A DNA stretch of 64,000 bases from Vitrella brassicaformis CCMP3155 (Eukaryota; Protista; Chromerida), in the NCBI GenBank assembly GCA_001179505.1, contig CDMY01000531.1:62001-126000 (forward strand). Direction: 5' to 3'. The position numbers and the translations under genes were made by a program. Of this stretch, positions 11,601-22,931 are shown one piece after another. The notes under the pieces were generated by a model that made no database searches, had not been told where the DNA came from, and saw only the letters and a program-made list of their open reading frames with translations. The first letter of the stretch is position 1, and the number at the start of each line of letters is the position of its first letter.

Positions 11601-13789
11601 ACAGATGGATCGAAGACACACACACACACAGGCGTCTTCGTGCGTGTAGGGCATTGTTTGCGTGTTGTACAAAACTCACCCGGGTTGTTGGCGGTTTGTA
11701 TGCCAGCGATGGCGAGGTACTTGCCGGTGGGGTCGAACTGCAGCTTGTCTATCCTGACCTTCAAGTTGCGCGTCTCAGGCAACCTGACACACACGTGAGA
11801 TGCCGTGCCGTGTGTTTGTCCGGCTGGTGTGTGTGTGTCTGTGTGTGCGTGTTTACTCTTCGAGCTTGAGCTGGTGCTTGCTGTTGCCCTCCATGTCAAA
11901 CACGTCTACCTGCTCAATGGCACAGAGGGAGAGAGGGGGGGGAGGGATGTGTGTGGTGCGTGTCATCGCCGTGTGTGTGGTTGGTGTACCCTCTTGGTTT
12001 GGTCCTGCTGCACGAAGTTGATCGCGAACCTTTCAGTGGCGCCGCTCCACTGCCACGCCGTCGCCATGCACCGACCTGAAACGCCATGCATGTGCACATC
12101 GACGCTGCTGTGTGTGTGGGTGAGATGTAGGTAGGTACCTTGTGTGGTGATGCCGACTTCAACGGGTTCAACGGGCTCCAGGGTCCTCATGGTTAGCTCG
12201 TCCCTGCCACTCGTGTCCGGCAGCTGACGACAGACACAACAGATAAACAATGCCACTCTGCTCTCTGGTAGTCGAGTGTGCCTCCCTCCCCTACTTGTAT
12301 GATCGACACGTATCGCGCCAAATGCGGCTTAGCGCCATCAAACTCCGCAACCTGCACATGCACACGCAGACATACACAGTGCCCGGCACTCTCTCTCTTT
12401 GCAGACAGGTCAGCTTACAATCAGCCCTGACGCTGAGGGGTTCCACCTGCATTGCATTGCGCACATCGATGGCAATGCACACCCTTTCTGCATGTTGTTC
12501 TTTCCCTCTCTCACCTCATTTCGAACCGCCCATCGGCAGACCCAGAGTGCAGCTTGGCCTTGCCCGGCAGCGGATGCGGCTCCTGATGCATGGATGGGCT
12601 CACCACGGCGTTGGCTTTCCCGCCCTTAGCGGATTTCTTGAGCAGGTCGTATATGGTGATGTAGGCGGACGTGTCGTCCTCCTCACAACGAAACGCCACA
12701 GCCACCAACGCGGCACCCTACACACACACACACAACGATGACATGGATGCTTGGGGGTTGGATGGAGGCAAGGGTACCTGTGGGGATGGCTTGAACGCGG
12801 CCACTGGCTGCTCCTCCATCTTTATGTGGGCGGTGGGTGAGGTGCTGCCCGCCAACGTGGAGCCAACAAACACATCCAGACCCTTCAAACAGGCATCCTG
12901 CATGCCATGCACATGACGGACGCACGCAAACATGGTCCACAAATCGTCTTACGAGCGACACAGTGGGTGAGTAGGTACCTTTGCGAATGCATACTCATCC
13001 CCCCTGTGAATTGGACTGTCGGCCACACGCCGCTGAACGCAAACTCCCGCTCCTGACATGACAACACCATACACAACACAACAGCACAACGACCGTCGTG
13101 ACACCGCATGTGTGCTGCGCCCTAGCTGGCTGTGTGTACTTGGTGACTGACCCATGTTCCGTCGCTCGCCCTCCACACGTTGACTACGGACGCGTTCCTC
13201 TCGAGAGTTATCTGCAGACATACACACACACACAGGTGACCACAGGGCCCCATTGTGTGTGTGTGTCTGTCTGTCTGTGTGTGTGTGTGTGACCAGGTGT
13301 TTGCCCGCCGCCGAGAGGCACACTTGGTCGACCTCTGACTGCAGCGATACTGAGGCACACATGACACACGCAGCAACACACAGTACACACGGGGCGAGTG
13401 CCGTGCAATGAGTGCCATGCATTCCCCCGCAAGCCTTTGATTTTGAGCGGACCTTGTATCTCTTTGGGAGGCGTCTTGCCCTTGCTCTTGAGGTCCACTA
13501 TCGTTATCCTCCTCCTCGACTCATCCAGCATCATCATCTGACCAGCAATCAACCGACCACCGACACGACACAACAAACAAACAAAACATGCCATCCTGTG
13601 CCCCTCTCTGGCAGCAACACGAGGGTCGCCTCCGCCCTTTCAGTGTGTGCGATGCCCAGTGGTGCCGCTTACACTGTCGCCGTCCTCCGATACCGTGGCC
13701 ATCCTTTTTCCGTCACAGAGTTTGTCATACTTCTCCGTCTGCAAGTTCAACACGGCCACGTGGCTGGAAGTCTCTATCAAGGTCTTCAT
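8625..13789 (-). CDS. WD40/beta-propeller-like N-terminus + Pro/Ser-rich linker + atypical protein kinase domain
   Basis: Kinase motifs FITK (beta3 Lys), HNDFHVKNVLV (catalytic loop) and VIDLEAS (DFG-like), then a helical C-terminus ending TELFPCA* at 8625. Upstream exons carry WD-like strands (ITIVDL, YITIYDLL, IDKLQFDPTGKYLAIAG, AAVWDV, SIHLWN). Splices from 11020 to the stop were checked in frame; WD-region splicing is less certain. Confidence 0.7.
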
Positions 13790-13980
13790 CGTCGATGCTA
13801 TCGGCTGGGCAGTGGGCACCCAGCGATTCGAACGCCGGAAGCGGTCCTTTTCAATTGGTTTTTTCGATGGTCTTACAGCAGCGGCCCGGCCGCAACAGGC
13901 TGCACGACGCTTATCAACGCCAGAACGAACGGAACGCTTGTGCGTGCTCTTAGCTCTTATGCTCCTTTTCAGCTGCCACT

Positions 13981-14000
13981 GCGAGCTTTTTCCCGATCGC
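13981..14000 (-). promoter_or_regulatory. Candidate promoter motif GCGATCGG-N4-AAGCTCGC
   Basis: 191 bp upstream of the ATG at 13789; recurs upstream of other genes (16272, 25497, 36811). Confidence 0.4.
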
Positions 14001-14702
14001 TTTCTTTCTCCGGTCCTGATCTCGCTGCAGCCCTCTAGGCGACGTATCTAGATATCCCCACTCGTGTCTGGTGTGTGTGGTTGGTGATCGTGGGTGGGGC
14101 TGCCATTTTGCAAAGGAGACCTTGCTGGTTTGTGTATGCGTTCGATGGCTCATCCAAACGAGCTGAGGGTACGAGAGCAATACAATGCACTCGCACACAC
14201 ACACTTCGTTCCACTCAGCCAACCAAACAGACAGGCAACCAGACCAATAGATATCGTATCGACACATACAGGTGCATGAATATGGAAAGGAGAGGACGCC
14301 TGCATCCATCCACTCACGCATCAGAGGCATGGAGTGCACAGCCAGCCATGCAGCAGGCAGCTGATCTACCCACCTACAGCGGGGAGCGAGCTACAGAGAG
14401 GATGACAGGCAGCACCCCATAACCGACCGACCGACCGACTCCATCACCCCCCCTGAACACAACACACGGCACACCGCAGTGTATTAGGGCAGCTGTGATC
14501 TGCTGTGTACCTCCGCTGCCTCTCCTTCGCCGCTGCCGTCATCCATATCGTCGCTATCATCGCCACCGTCGCCGTCTGCAGCACACACAAACATGAAAGG
14601 CCCGTCATACACACCCACGTGTATGAGCGCACCATTCTCACTATCATCCTCCGGCTGCTGCTGTGGCGGTTGTTGTGGTGGCTGTTGCTGCTGCTCTTGT
14701 AC

Positions 14703-16200
14703 TTAGCCGTCGAACACGAAGGGCGCCACCGGCCCCAGCGCCACACGAGCCAGGGCGGTGGTCAGCGGGAGGTAGTCCTTGCAATCACCACTGTCGTCAC
14801 CCACACATGCCTCGGTCGTGTCGAGCACTATATTCACTGAAGAGAAGCGAAGGGAAGAGGCCACAGACTACAGTTGACCAGCAGATCTGCTTGTGTGTCA
14901 GCCTGACCGTTGTCAGCGTGCGATGGGTCATTCGCCCAAATGGTGATCCACGCGACGAATGAATGGCTGCTGTCGGTGAGCACCAGCTGCCGCCGCGTAT
15001 TCACACTAATCTCTTGGTACGGCGGCCGGAGTGCGCGGCGTATCGTGGTGCGAGTTGCTGTCGTAGTGCATCCCTCCACTGGCGTGTGGGGTGACTGGGT
15101 GAAGAGGTCATGCAGGCGGCCGCCACCAACGTACCTGAACCAACGTCACAATCAAAGACGCCCCCCTCTTGCAGGCCGCCTACACACCTCTTGAGGTCTG
15201 TGAGGGTTCCATCGGGGTCCTCGTCGCAAGTTTCCTCGTAATGCAGGATGATCGTGCTCTTGACGAACGACGACAGCGACGCATACGTCTCCAGGCAACC
15301 GGAAACGCTCCAGTCCCTCCACCATCGTTCGATGCCGCTCCTCACTGGCGGGTCGTGCTGTAGTCGGTGCTGCTGGTACAGATGGCCGGCAGGGAGGGGC
15401 GGGTCGACCTCCACCAGGAAGTTAGGCTCGTCTCGGACGGCCCGCACCTCCTCACCATGGCGGAACAGCTGCATGCAGCTGCCGTTCCCGAAGTCGACGT
15501 GGCGGCCGACCATGATCAGCTGCGCCAACACACGAGCTATCGAACTATACGCCTACACGACATCACACACACAGAAAGGGGCGGGGAGAGAACAGAGAAG
15601 GAAGAATGGACGAGGCCTCTCTGTCCTCTCCCGCCCGTATATATGTGTGTGTGTGCCTTACCGTCTTATTGGCGTGTGTGCGGATGTCATCTGCCGTGAT
15701 GTTGACGGGCAGAGTGCAGTAGCCGAACTGGCTGGCCAGCTGCAGCACCTCTCGCACCTCATCCCATCGCCCGCCGTGCTCGGCTATCCACACGGCCGCG
15801 AGCAGCTCAGCCGTCGGCAGGGACTGGTCAAACTGCACCAGCTGCAGCCGACTGTTGACGCCATCTCCATCACGGGCAAGCGAGTTGGCGAGGCGGGTGC
15901 GCAGCTCGCCCGCCCCGAAGAGATGTCTGAGCCATTCGCAGGTGCTTCTCAGACGCAGTATGTCCTTGTGGCTGAGCAAGAAGCACGTTCGGCGGCCGCG
16001 GAAGATGTATGTGAAGGGATGCTGTTGTTCCCCTTCTTCCTGGACAGGGAGGCCGAGCAGCCTCCGCGTTCTGTGAAAGCCACGACGCCTGTAGGCAGGA
16101 CAGGCAAGACATGCAAACAGAGCAGACACAGCGCATCTGCTATGATTCATACTCCAACGTTCACACCGCACCCATCGAGCTCTCCTTACCTTGTCGTCAT
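14703..16200 (-). CDS. Member of a lineage-expanded (Vitrella-type) family with an N-terminal F-box-like motif
   Basis: MTTR|RRGFH splice in frame. Motifs FLLSHKDILRLRSTCEWLRHLF, LRTRLANSL, LAAVWIAEHGGRWDEVREVLQLASQFGYCTLPV. C-terminal LARVALGPVAPFVFDG* at 14703. Family recognised from memory, not from a search. Confidence 0.75.
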
Positions 16201-16271
16201 GGCGTCGACCTTTCTCTCTCCCCCCCTCCCCTCCACCCACCTCTCACGGTTTCATGAAGCACCCTAGGGGC

Positions 16272-16292
16272 GCGAGCTTCTTCTCCAATCGC
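16272..16292 (-). promoter_or_regulatory. Candidate promoter motif GCGATTGG-N5-AAGCTCGC in a 139-bp bidirectional promoter
   Basis: 71 bp upstream of the ATG at 16200. Confidence 0.4.
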
Positions 16293-16339
16293 CGTCTTTC
16301 TCCGGAACGAACGATGATCTGAATCGGTTCTCTGGCGAG

Positions 16340-18382
16340 ATGCAGTTGTTTGTTCGGCTGGGCGATAGAATAGAAGATGGGTGGCCGGGCGCTCAAGCGA
16401 GAAATAAGGTAACCACCTATTGGTAACCACACACCTCCGCCACTGCATCTTGCACAAGCATGCTGATCTGCCTGTGTGCTTGCAGGTAGCTGATGTGTGT
16501 AAGCAGCTGGACGATGTGTGCCAGCAGCTGGACGTCCCATCCGATGCGCTCCGGCTGGCCTTCGAAGGCATACTGGTACATCCACACACGCGACAAAAGA
16601 GCAACGACATAGATAGAGTGCCACAGGATTGCATGTGTTTTCTTCCTCTCTGTCCGTGTGTGCACCAAGCAGCTTGAGCCCGAGAAGAGCCTCCACTACG
16701 GCATCGATCATGGCTGCACGCTGAGTCGCTACTTCGTCAAGTCGGGCCGTGTGTGGCTGGTGAAGTCACTGGGCGAGGCCGCCGCAGGTGCACAGGCGGA
16801 CGGACAATGTTGCGGGATGGATCATGCACATGGATGTTTGCCTGCGGCAATCAGCCTACTTCTTCCCATTCCCGAACTCCATTCCCCTTTCTGAAAGGGA
16901 TACATTGGAGGTGGGTGTGGGCGACACACAAACACACAAGGGCACGGCAGCTGGTGTACGTGTGCTGTGAACGGCAGCTGGAGATCCCTAGCAGATGTCT
17001 TCACAATCGTCTTCGGCTCGCCACCGCTCACGGCAGAGGCAAAGAGCATGTACGCAAACAGGCACGCAGGCAGGCAGACAGGCAGGCACCACACAGATGA
17101 GGCAGACATCATGTATGTGTTTCCTTGACGTGGTCTTCTGTCGCCTTCTTTCGCAGATCCTGCAGGTCGTCGGCTTGAGTGGCAGGCTCATGCCCATATT
17201 CGGGCTCTTCCAAGTGCTCTCGGCGTCGCGTGTGCGGAAAAGTACGCACACACCCACAAAGGCGCACAGGGAGCATGAAGCACACATTCTCAACTCTATC
17301 TGTGTGCATTTGCATGAGCAGTCGCTGAGTATGTCAAGTTCCAGCTCATGCGCCATCTGAGGGGCATGCAGAGCACCATTCGGCCCCTCATCGAAGACGT
17401 CGACCGCGAGCTGATCGACGAGGAGGCCATCCGTGTCATCCAGTGCCGTCTGATGGTGTCTTCTGCTGCTGGGGAACTTCGACTCTTGGCGGAGCTGGCT
17501 GATGTAGGCCACAGCACTCGTTTCGATCGGCTGCTTGTGTCCATCAAGCACACACATGGCATGGATGCTTGTCGCATTTTCAGGCGAGTCGACAGATCGC
17601 AATCCTCAAGACGACCGCCCAGGACCAGCTCAACGAGCTCAGGTGGACATAAGGCACACACGCACACACGTTGGCAACATAGATCCAAAGCACTTACTTG
17701 TCGCCGTGTGCTGCTCAGAAACAAGGACGAGGCCGTGAGTGAGCTGACGCGGCGGGAGGAGTCTGCCATGTGTGAGACGAAGGACCAGAAGAAGCAGATC
17801 TCTGTCCTCACCAAGACTACCCGGGACCAGGGGGCCACCATCGGCAAGCAGGCGGCGACAATTGAGGAGCTGCAGGGCTCCAGCATCAGCAAGGACGCCG
17901 AGATCGCTCGGCTGGGGCGCCAGGACGCATCGCTCGACGCAGAGCGGCTGCGGGGCGACCGACTGCATCAGATCAGCGCCGCCGCGAGGTGGGCTGCATG
18001 GTGACCAACATTGACGCAGAGATGGCCCGACTGACGAAGCTCAAGGGCGCGGCCACCTCTGCGCTGGCCGAGAGGGAGAGGGCGGAGGAGGAGAGTGAGG
18101 CCGCCTGCATGGCATGCCTGTCAGAGCCACGGGCTATCATTCTGCCATGCGGTATGTGTGTGATGCGCTATGCACGGGGGAGGGAGGGGAGAAAAAACAC
18201 ACAGTCATTGTGTTTGTGCTCGGTGTGTCTGTATGTAATCAGGGTGCAAGTGCTACTGTGCAGCGTGCCATTCTCGCATTCTGGCGGGCCCGCCACAGCG
18301 CAATCCTGACGACATGATCGATGAGGAGGAGGAAAAGCCAGAACCGACACCAAAATGCCCCCTGTGCAGAAAGCCATTTTGA
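16340..18382 (+). CDS. Ubiquitin-like domain + coiled coil + C-terminal RING finger (putative E3 ligase)
   Basis: N-terminal MQLFVRL...LDVPSDALRLAFEGILQLEPEKSLHYGIDHGCTL aligns with ubiquitin ([33 protein letters not shown]). Heptad-rich 17715-18100. RING CMAC-x10-CGCKCYCAAC-x29-CPLC, stop at 18380-18382. Confidence 0.8.
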
Positions 18383-18696
18383 CTCATGACACAGACAGCC
18401 GGGCGGGGCAAAGAAAGGGGCGAGTCGTCTTGGGTGTTCCATGACCTTTTCCGGGTGAAGACGTCGCGCATCATGCCGATTCAATGGGCATTCATCCGGC
18501 CGATAGCGCGCAATAGCCGAGCGCAAGAGTTTACGACGACGTCGTGTAACGGTTGTGGGCCTGGGGGCTTGATTCTCCACCGAAGCCTCTTTGTTGTCCT
18601 TCCGAGTTTCCCTCTTTGTCCTTCCCGTCATGGCGAGATGTTCTCGACGAGAGACAAGAGACGAACCAAATATAACTAGTTTTTTTTCCTGACAGA

Positions 18697-19750
18697 ATGC
18701 GCACAGCGCCCATTTCCTCAGCTTCTGCCCTCTCTCGCTCGTATCTGCTCCATTTTCGCCTCCCCGCGGCTGGTGTTTGCCTCACATGCCTCGCCACGGC
18801 CTATCCCACATGACCCTGCACACGCGCACTTCAGACGTCTACGTGACTTGAAGCCATCGCTCGTCTCGAGGCGCGGAAGCCCAGTACGTTGCTCGCGGGA
18901 GGAGGTCGAGAAGGTGAAGAGCAAGTTGCAGAAGGAGCACGAGATGGCTATGCTGGTCAAGTTGAGGGACGAGTGCCTCAAGGCTGCGAGTGAGGCGATG
19001 GGTAGGGACGAGGGCAAGGGCAAGGGTCACGCCTCGACCCAAACGAATGTCGTCGCTGTTGAGGTGAGCAGGGAGGGGAGGCAGGCCGCGGGAGAACCTC
19101 TGTGTCTGTCATCTTCATCGGTCTCTGTGTCTCTGTATTCCTTTCTGTGTGTCTGCAGAGTAGTGGTGAGTCGCAGACGGAGGAGATGCCATCGCCTCCC
19201 AATGCCGTTGACCAGTCGCCTGCTGACAACGCTGCTGAGGAGCCACCTGCTGACGAGCAGCCGCCGACTCACCAGGTTGGATAAACGACATACGCGATAT
19301 ACACGACAGCTCTGACAAGTGCCGCTTCTGTTCTTTCCCTTTCCCCTTCTCCAGCAGCCGTTTCTGCAGGGTGAGATCGCCGATGAGGCCGCCACTGTGC
19401 AGACCAAGCAGTGGTTGGGCCAGAATGTCGAGCTGCCCGGTCAGTCCCCTGACGCCTTCAAGCCTGTCGCGTACTTCGGCACGCAGCCGGAGGGCAGCGA
19501 TCGGTCGTGCTACAACAGCCCGCCCCCCAACTATCGCGTGGATGCGGACGCCTTTCATCCCCCGCACTTCGGCCAAGTGGCTGACCAGCAGCCGCCGCCA
19601 ATGGAGCCACAGCCACAGCAGGATGGCCAGGGAGTACAGCAGCAGCAGCACCAGCAGCTGCACCAGCAAGAAGCTGATGTGGTGGAATCGTGGGAGAAGC
19701 CCGTGTTAGCGCTGGCGCCACGTGCGTGTGTTTTCTGGAAGCGCGCATGA
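18697..19750 (+). CDS. Hypothetical multi-exon protein, charged N-terminus and Gln/Pro-rich C-terminus
   Basis: In-frame GT-AG exons (EEVEKVKSKLQKEHEMAMLVKLRDECLKAA; SSGESQTEEMPSPP; QQPFLQGEIADE...FWKRA*). Start approximate. Confidence 0.55.
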
Positions 19751-20208
19751 GTATGGGTGTGCGCTGCAGTGCGCATCCCAAGTGGTCAGTGTCTGCCGCG
19801 TACTTGTCCAGGTACGCACGACGAAAGAGAGAGTCTCAGAGCAGAAGCAAGCCATTCTTCACCCTGTTCTCTGGTCCTCTGCTCACAGACCATCGCCTGA
19901 TTTTATACTTTCACACTCGCGCATCGACCACGTATACGTAAGAGTCATGGACAGCACGAGTACGAGTTTGGTCCGTGCACCGTGCACCGTGCAGCGTGTT
20001 TGTGCACACAGGTCGTCATCGCCAGCAAGTACCACTGCTGCCGGTCCCTACGGTGACTCTCTCGCTCATCCTGCTCAGGGGTGCTCCTTCAGAAGTTGTT
20101 GTTGTCCTTCCCTCTTCGTGGCGAGAATTCTCGACAAGAGAGACGGGAGACAAATCAAAACATTTCCATAGGGGATCGAGGTCGTCTTGCGGCTTTCCAT
20201 TTCCTCAG

Positions 20209-22347
20209 CGTGCGGCGGACAGGTACGTATCCTCTCCTCACCCCCTCAACCACACACTACTAGTCTGCATCTCACGTGTCATGCATTGCACATCATGCGA
20301 TTGTTGACAGGTCGACGGCCCTGCACCGCACCGTCGATGGGTGCCCGAGTTCAAACAAACGAGGGAGCTGCTCGCCAAAACGACGGTCTTCAAGGCCATC
20401 GCCGCGCCGCGATTGCCAACTCACACACATACTACTTCTTAAAAACGGTACGCCACATGTGCACAGGACACATGCACAGGTCCACATGTGGAAGTCATCC
20501 GTCTGCGTCGTTTTCATCGGCAGGTGAGGTCGATGTCCATCAACCGCCGCCGTCGCTGCCGAGGCTTGATGATGAGAGGTTTGCGTCGCCCCGGACGGCG
20601 AGGGCGGACCCGCCCAATGTCAAGATCAAGCCGCCTTTGCCGCGGGGGAGCCCTGAGAGGGATGCTGCTGGCCTGCACATCCCCTTCACCGGCCCCTTCG
20701 GCCCCTCCAGCCCCACGGGCAGCCACCCCCCACCCTCCTACCTCCCTCCCCGGTCCTCGCCGTCACAGGCCCCTCCACTGTCCTCCATAGGACACACTGA
20801 CAAGGCGCCAGACAGCCCGGCCAGCGACGCAGCAACCACCACCAGCACCACCACCCCACTGCCATTCCTCGCCACGCTGGAGCCGGGCCTGCAGCTTGCG
20901 GGTAGCCTCAGAGCGGTTCGCCAGGGGCAGAAGGCCGACGTCGACGTGTGGACGGCCCGGGCCACCGGGGAGGGGGCCACCCCGGCTGGCACCTGGGTCG
21001 TCACCAAGTCGGTGTCCGGCCTTGTGCAGGCCGGCGTGGGTCGGGAGAAGGTGCGGGCCGCCGTGCAGCGAGACTCGGACACGCTGCGGCTGCTGTACTT
21101 TGCCGCCAGCGAGTTCCGGCAGCACCGGCTGCCCGATCTCCTGCACGGCCGGCGCCACACAGGGGTGAGGCGGTGCGTGCCTGAGTGGCTGGGGTTCCTC
21201 AGCCAAGAGGAGCTGGCGGCGGGCAAGGCGGCGTTGAGAGAGACGCGGGAGGGAGGGACGGCCGTGAGTAAGCGCATGACGGACCTGGTGGCTGAGGAGG
21301 GGGTTTGTTACCTGATGGGCATGGTTATGGGCACGACGGACCCAAGTAAGTAAAGCGGGGCGGACAGGAAAGAAAGGAAGGAACGTGCCACACGTACGCG
21401 CGCACGAGCCGTCATTGTGTGTGTCATGCATGCAGTGGGCCAAGTGTGGGGTGCCGACACCGTGGACCACCTCTGCCGTCCCCCCATCCCCAGCCGCCGC
21501 CCCCCTGGACCGCTGCTGCGCGGCGCGGTGTCGGTGAACATGGTCCTCGCCCTTCTCCACATCCACCGCCACCACCACATCACACACAACGACTTCCACT
21601 ACCGCAATGTGCTCGTGGCGGATGTGGAGACGGGTGAGGTCATGGTCATCGACTTCGAGAGCGCGCGCCACATGCAGCCAGACGGCAGCACCCAAGATGG
21701 GGAGCCCCGTCTCGTCACCCCCTTCGCCCCCCCTTCACCACGGCGTACCATCTTGACGCCACTCTGGAGGGGCGGGAGCTGGTCGACGAGACGGTGACCT
21801 ACGCCACCGACTGCATGGGCGCAGCCTTCTCCTTCATACTGCTGGCCTCCCCGACAGCCGCCACCGCCAAGGCCGTCATAAAACTGGCCGAAACGGAGCT
21901 GGAAGAGCTCCTCAAGGGGTGCGAGGCGGCCCGCAGCCAGCAGGGCGAAGGGGAGGCGGCCCAGGCGACGCGCGAGGGCGCCAGGGAGGCATACAAGGCA
22001 ACAGTGGCCAGCATCGCAGCGGCGGCCAGCAGCCACATGGAACAGGCCATCGAGGCCTCTGAGCAGCCCGAGGCGGCCAAGCAGCAGTGGAAGGCCCTCT
22101 GCGCCCTCAGCGTCCAGCTGTATCGCGAGCTGGGGATGGGCCACGGAGATGGGATGGGGCAGGTGGAAATGTGGGCGAGACTGGATACTTTCTACCATGA
22201 TGTGATGACTGGTAAGACAACACACCCACACACACACACACACGGAGATCAGGCAAGGGAAGAAGAAGAGCAGATGATGTGTCATTGGCATGCTGGGTGT
22301 ATGCGTGTTTTGCTTTCCTGCATGCAGAGCTTTTCTCATCTGCGTAG
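20209..22347 (+). pseudogene. Inverted paralog of the kinase half of the 8625-13789 gene, lacking the WD-like part and carrying frameshifts
   Basis: Exons and introns are homologous (e.g. intron gtacgtatcctctcctcaccccctcaaccacacactactagtctgcatctc). Motifs HNDFHYRNVLV and VIDFESAR. 7-nt deletion near 20400 gives an early TAA, and there is a 1-nt deletion in a C-run at approx. 21714-21730. Same terminal exon (TELFSSA* vs TELFPCA*). Confidence 0.8.
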
Positions 22348-22605
22348 AAGCTGGTCATGGAGCTGTACAAGCAGCTGGGGTGGGGGCACGAGCATGTGGG
22401 CCTTGATGGATCAGTACTGCAGTGATGTCTTCACTGGTAAGGCAACACCCACGCAAACAGGCAGACGAGAGAAAGAAGAGGAGCACATGTCATTTGACTG
22501 TGTCGCTGCTGGTTGCAGGAGTGCCCTCATTGGCAATCGCTGTCCACATTTTATATCTCGTGGTCTTATTTCTTCATGTCTCGGCTCAGCCGCTCTCGTG
22601 CTAAG
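22348..22605 (+). pseudogene. Third remnant of the kinase 3' end (ELYKQLG..MWALMDQY..VFTG) + intron + hydrophobic terminal exon
   Basis: 22357-22437 resembles 22113-22211 and the minus-strand copy. The following intron resembles 22212-22300. A phase-1 exon reads GVPSLAIAVHILYLVVLFLHVSAQPLSC*. Confidence 0.6.
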
Positions 22606-22931
22606 GACATGCGCCTAACAGAAGTTTCTTACTGGGCCTCGGCGACAGATCAAGGCAGAGCCGCGACGAGCAGAGATAGCAGTGGAAATGGTAGGTGCGG
22701 GAATGCGACTCACATCCCTGCCTACATTTTATATTTGACGAGTCTCTGACAGCTCCAGTATGCGTTATTTGATAGATGGCTGACTGAATTAATCCATGCC
22801 GGCTTACGTAATGTCTACATGTACACCAAACCGATGGACACTTCATTAAGGCGCTTATCTGACATCGCGTATACCAATAAAGTGTGGAAAACGACTTAGA
22901 GATATAAAGCGTCCGCCCTCATTGTCCAGGC

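Noticed and set aside
22757-22893. AT-richer about 50-codon plus-strand open frame (LQYALFDRWLTELIHAGLRNVY..)
   Set aside because: No start codon or linked exon, too short, no motif. It may be a remnant but cannot be supported.
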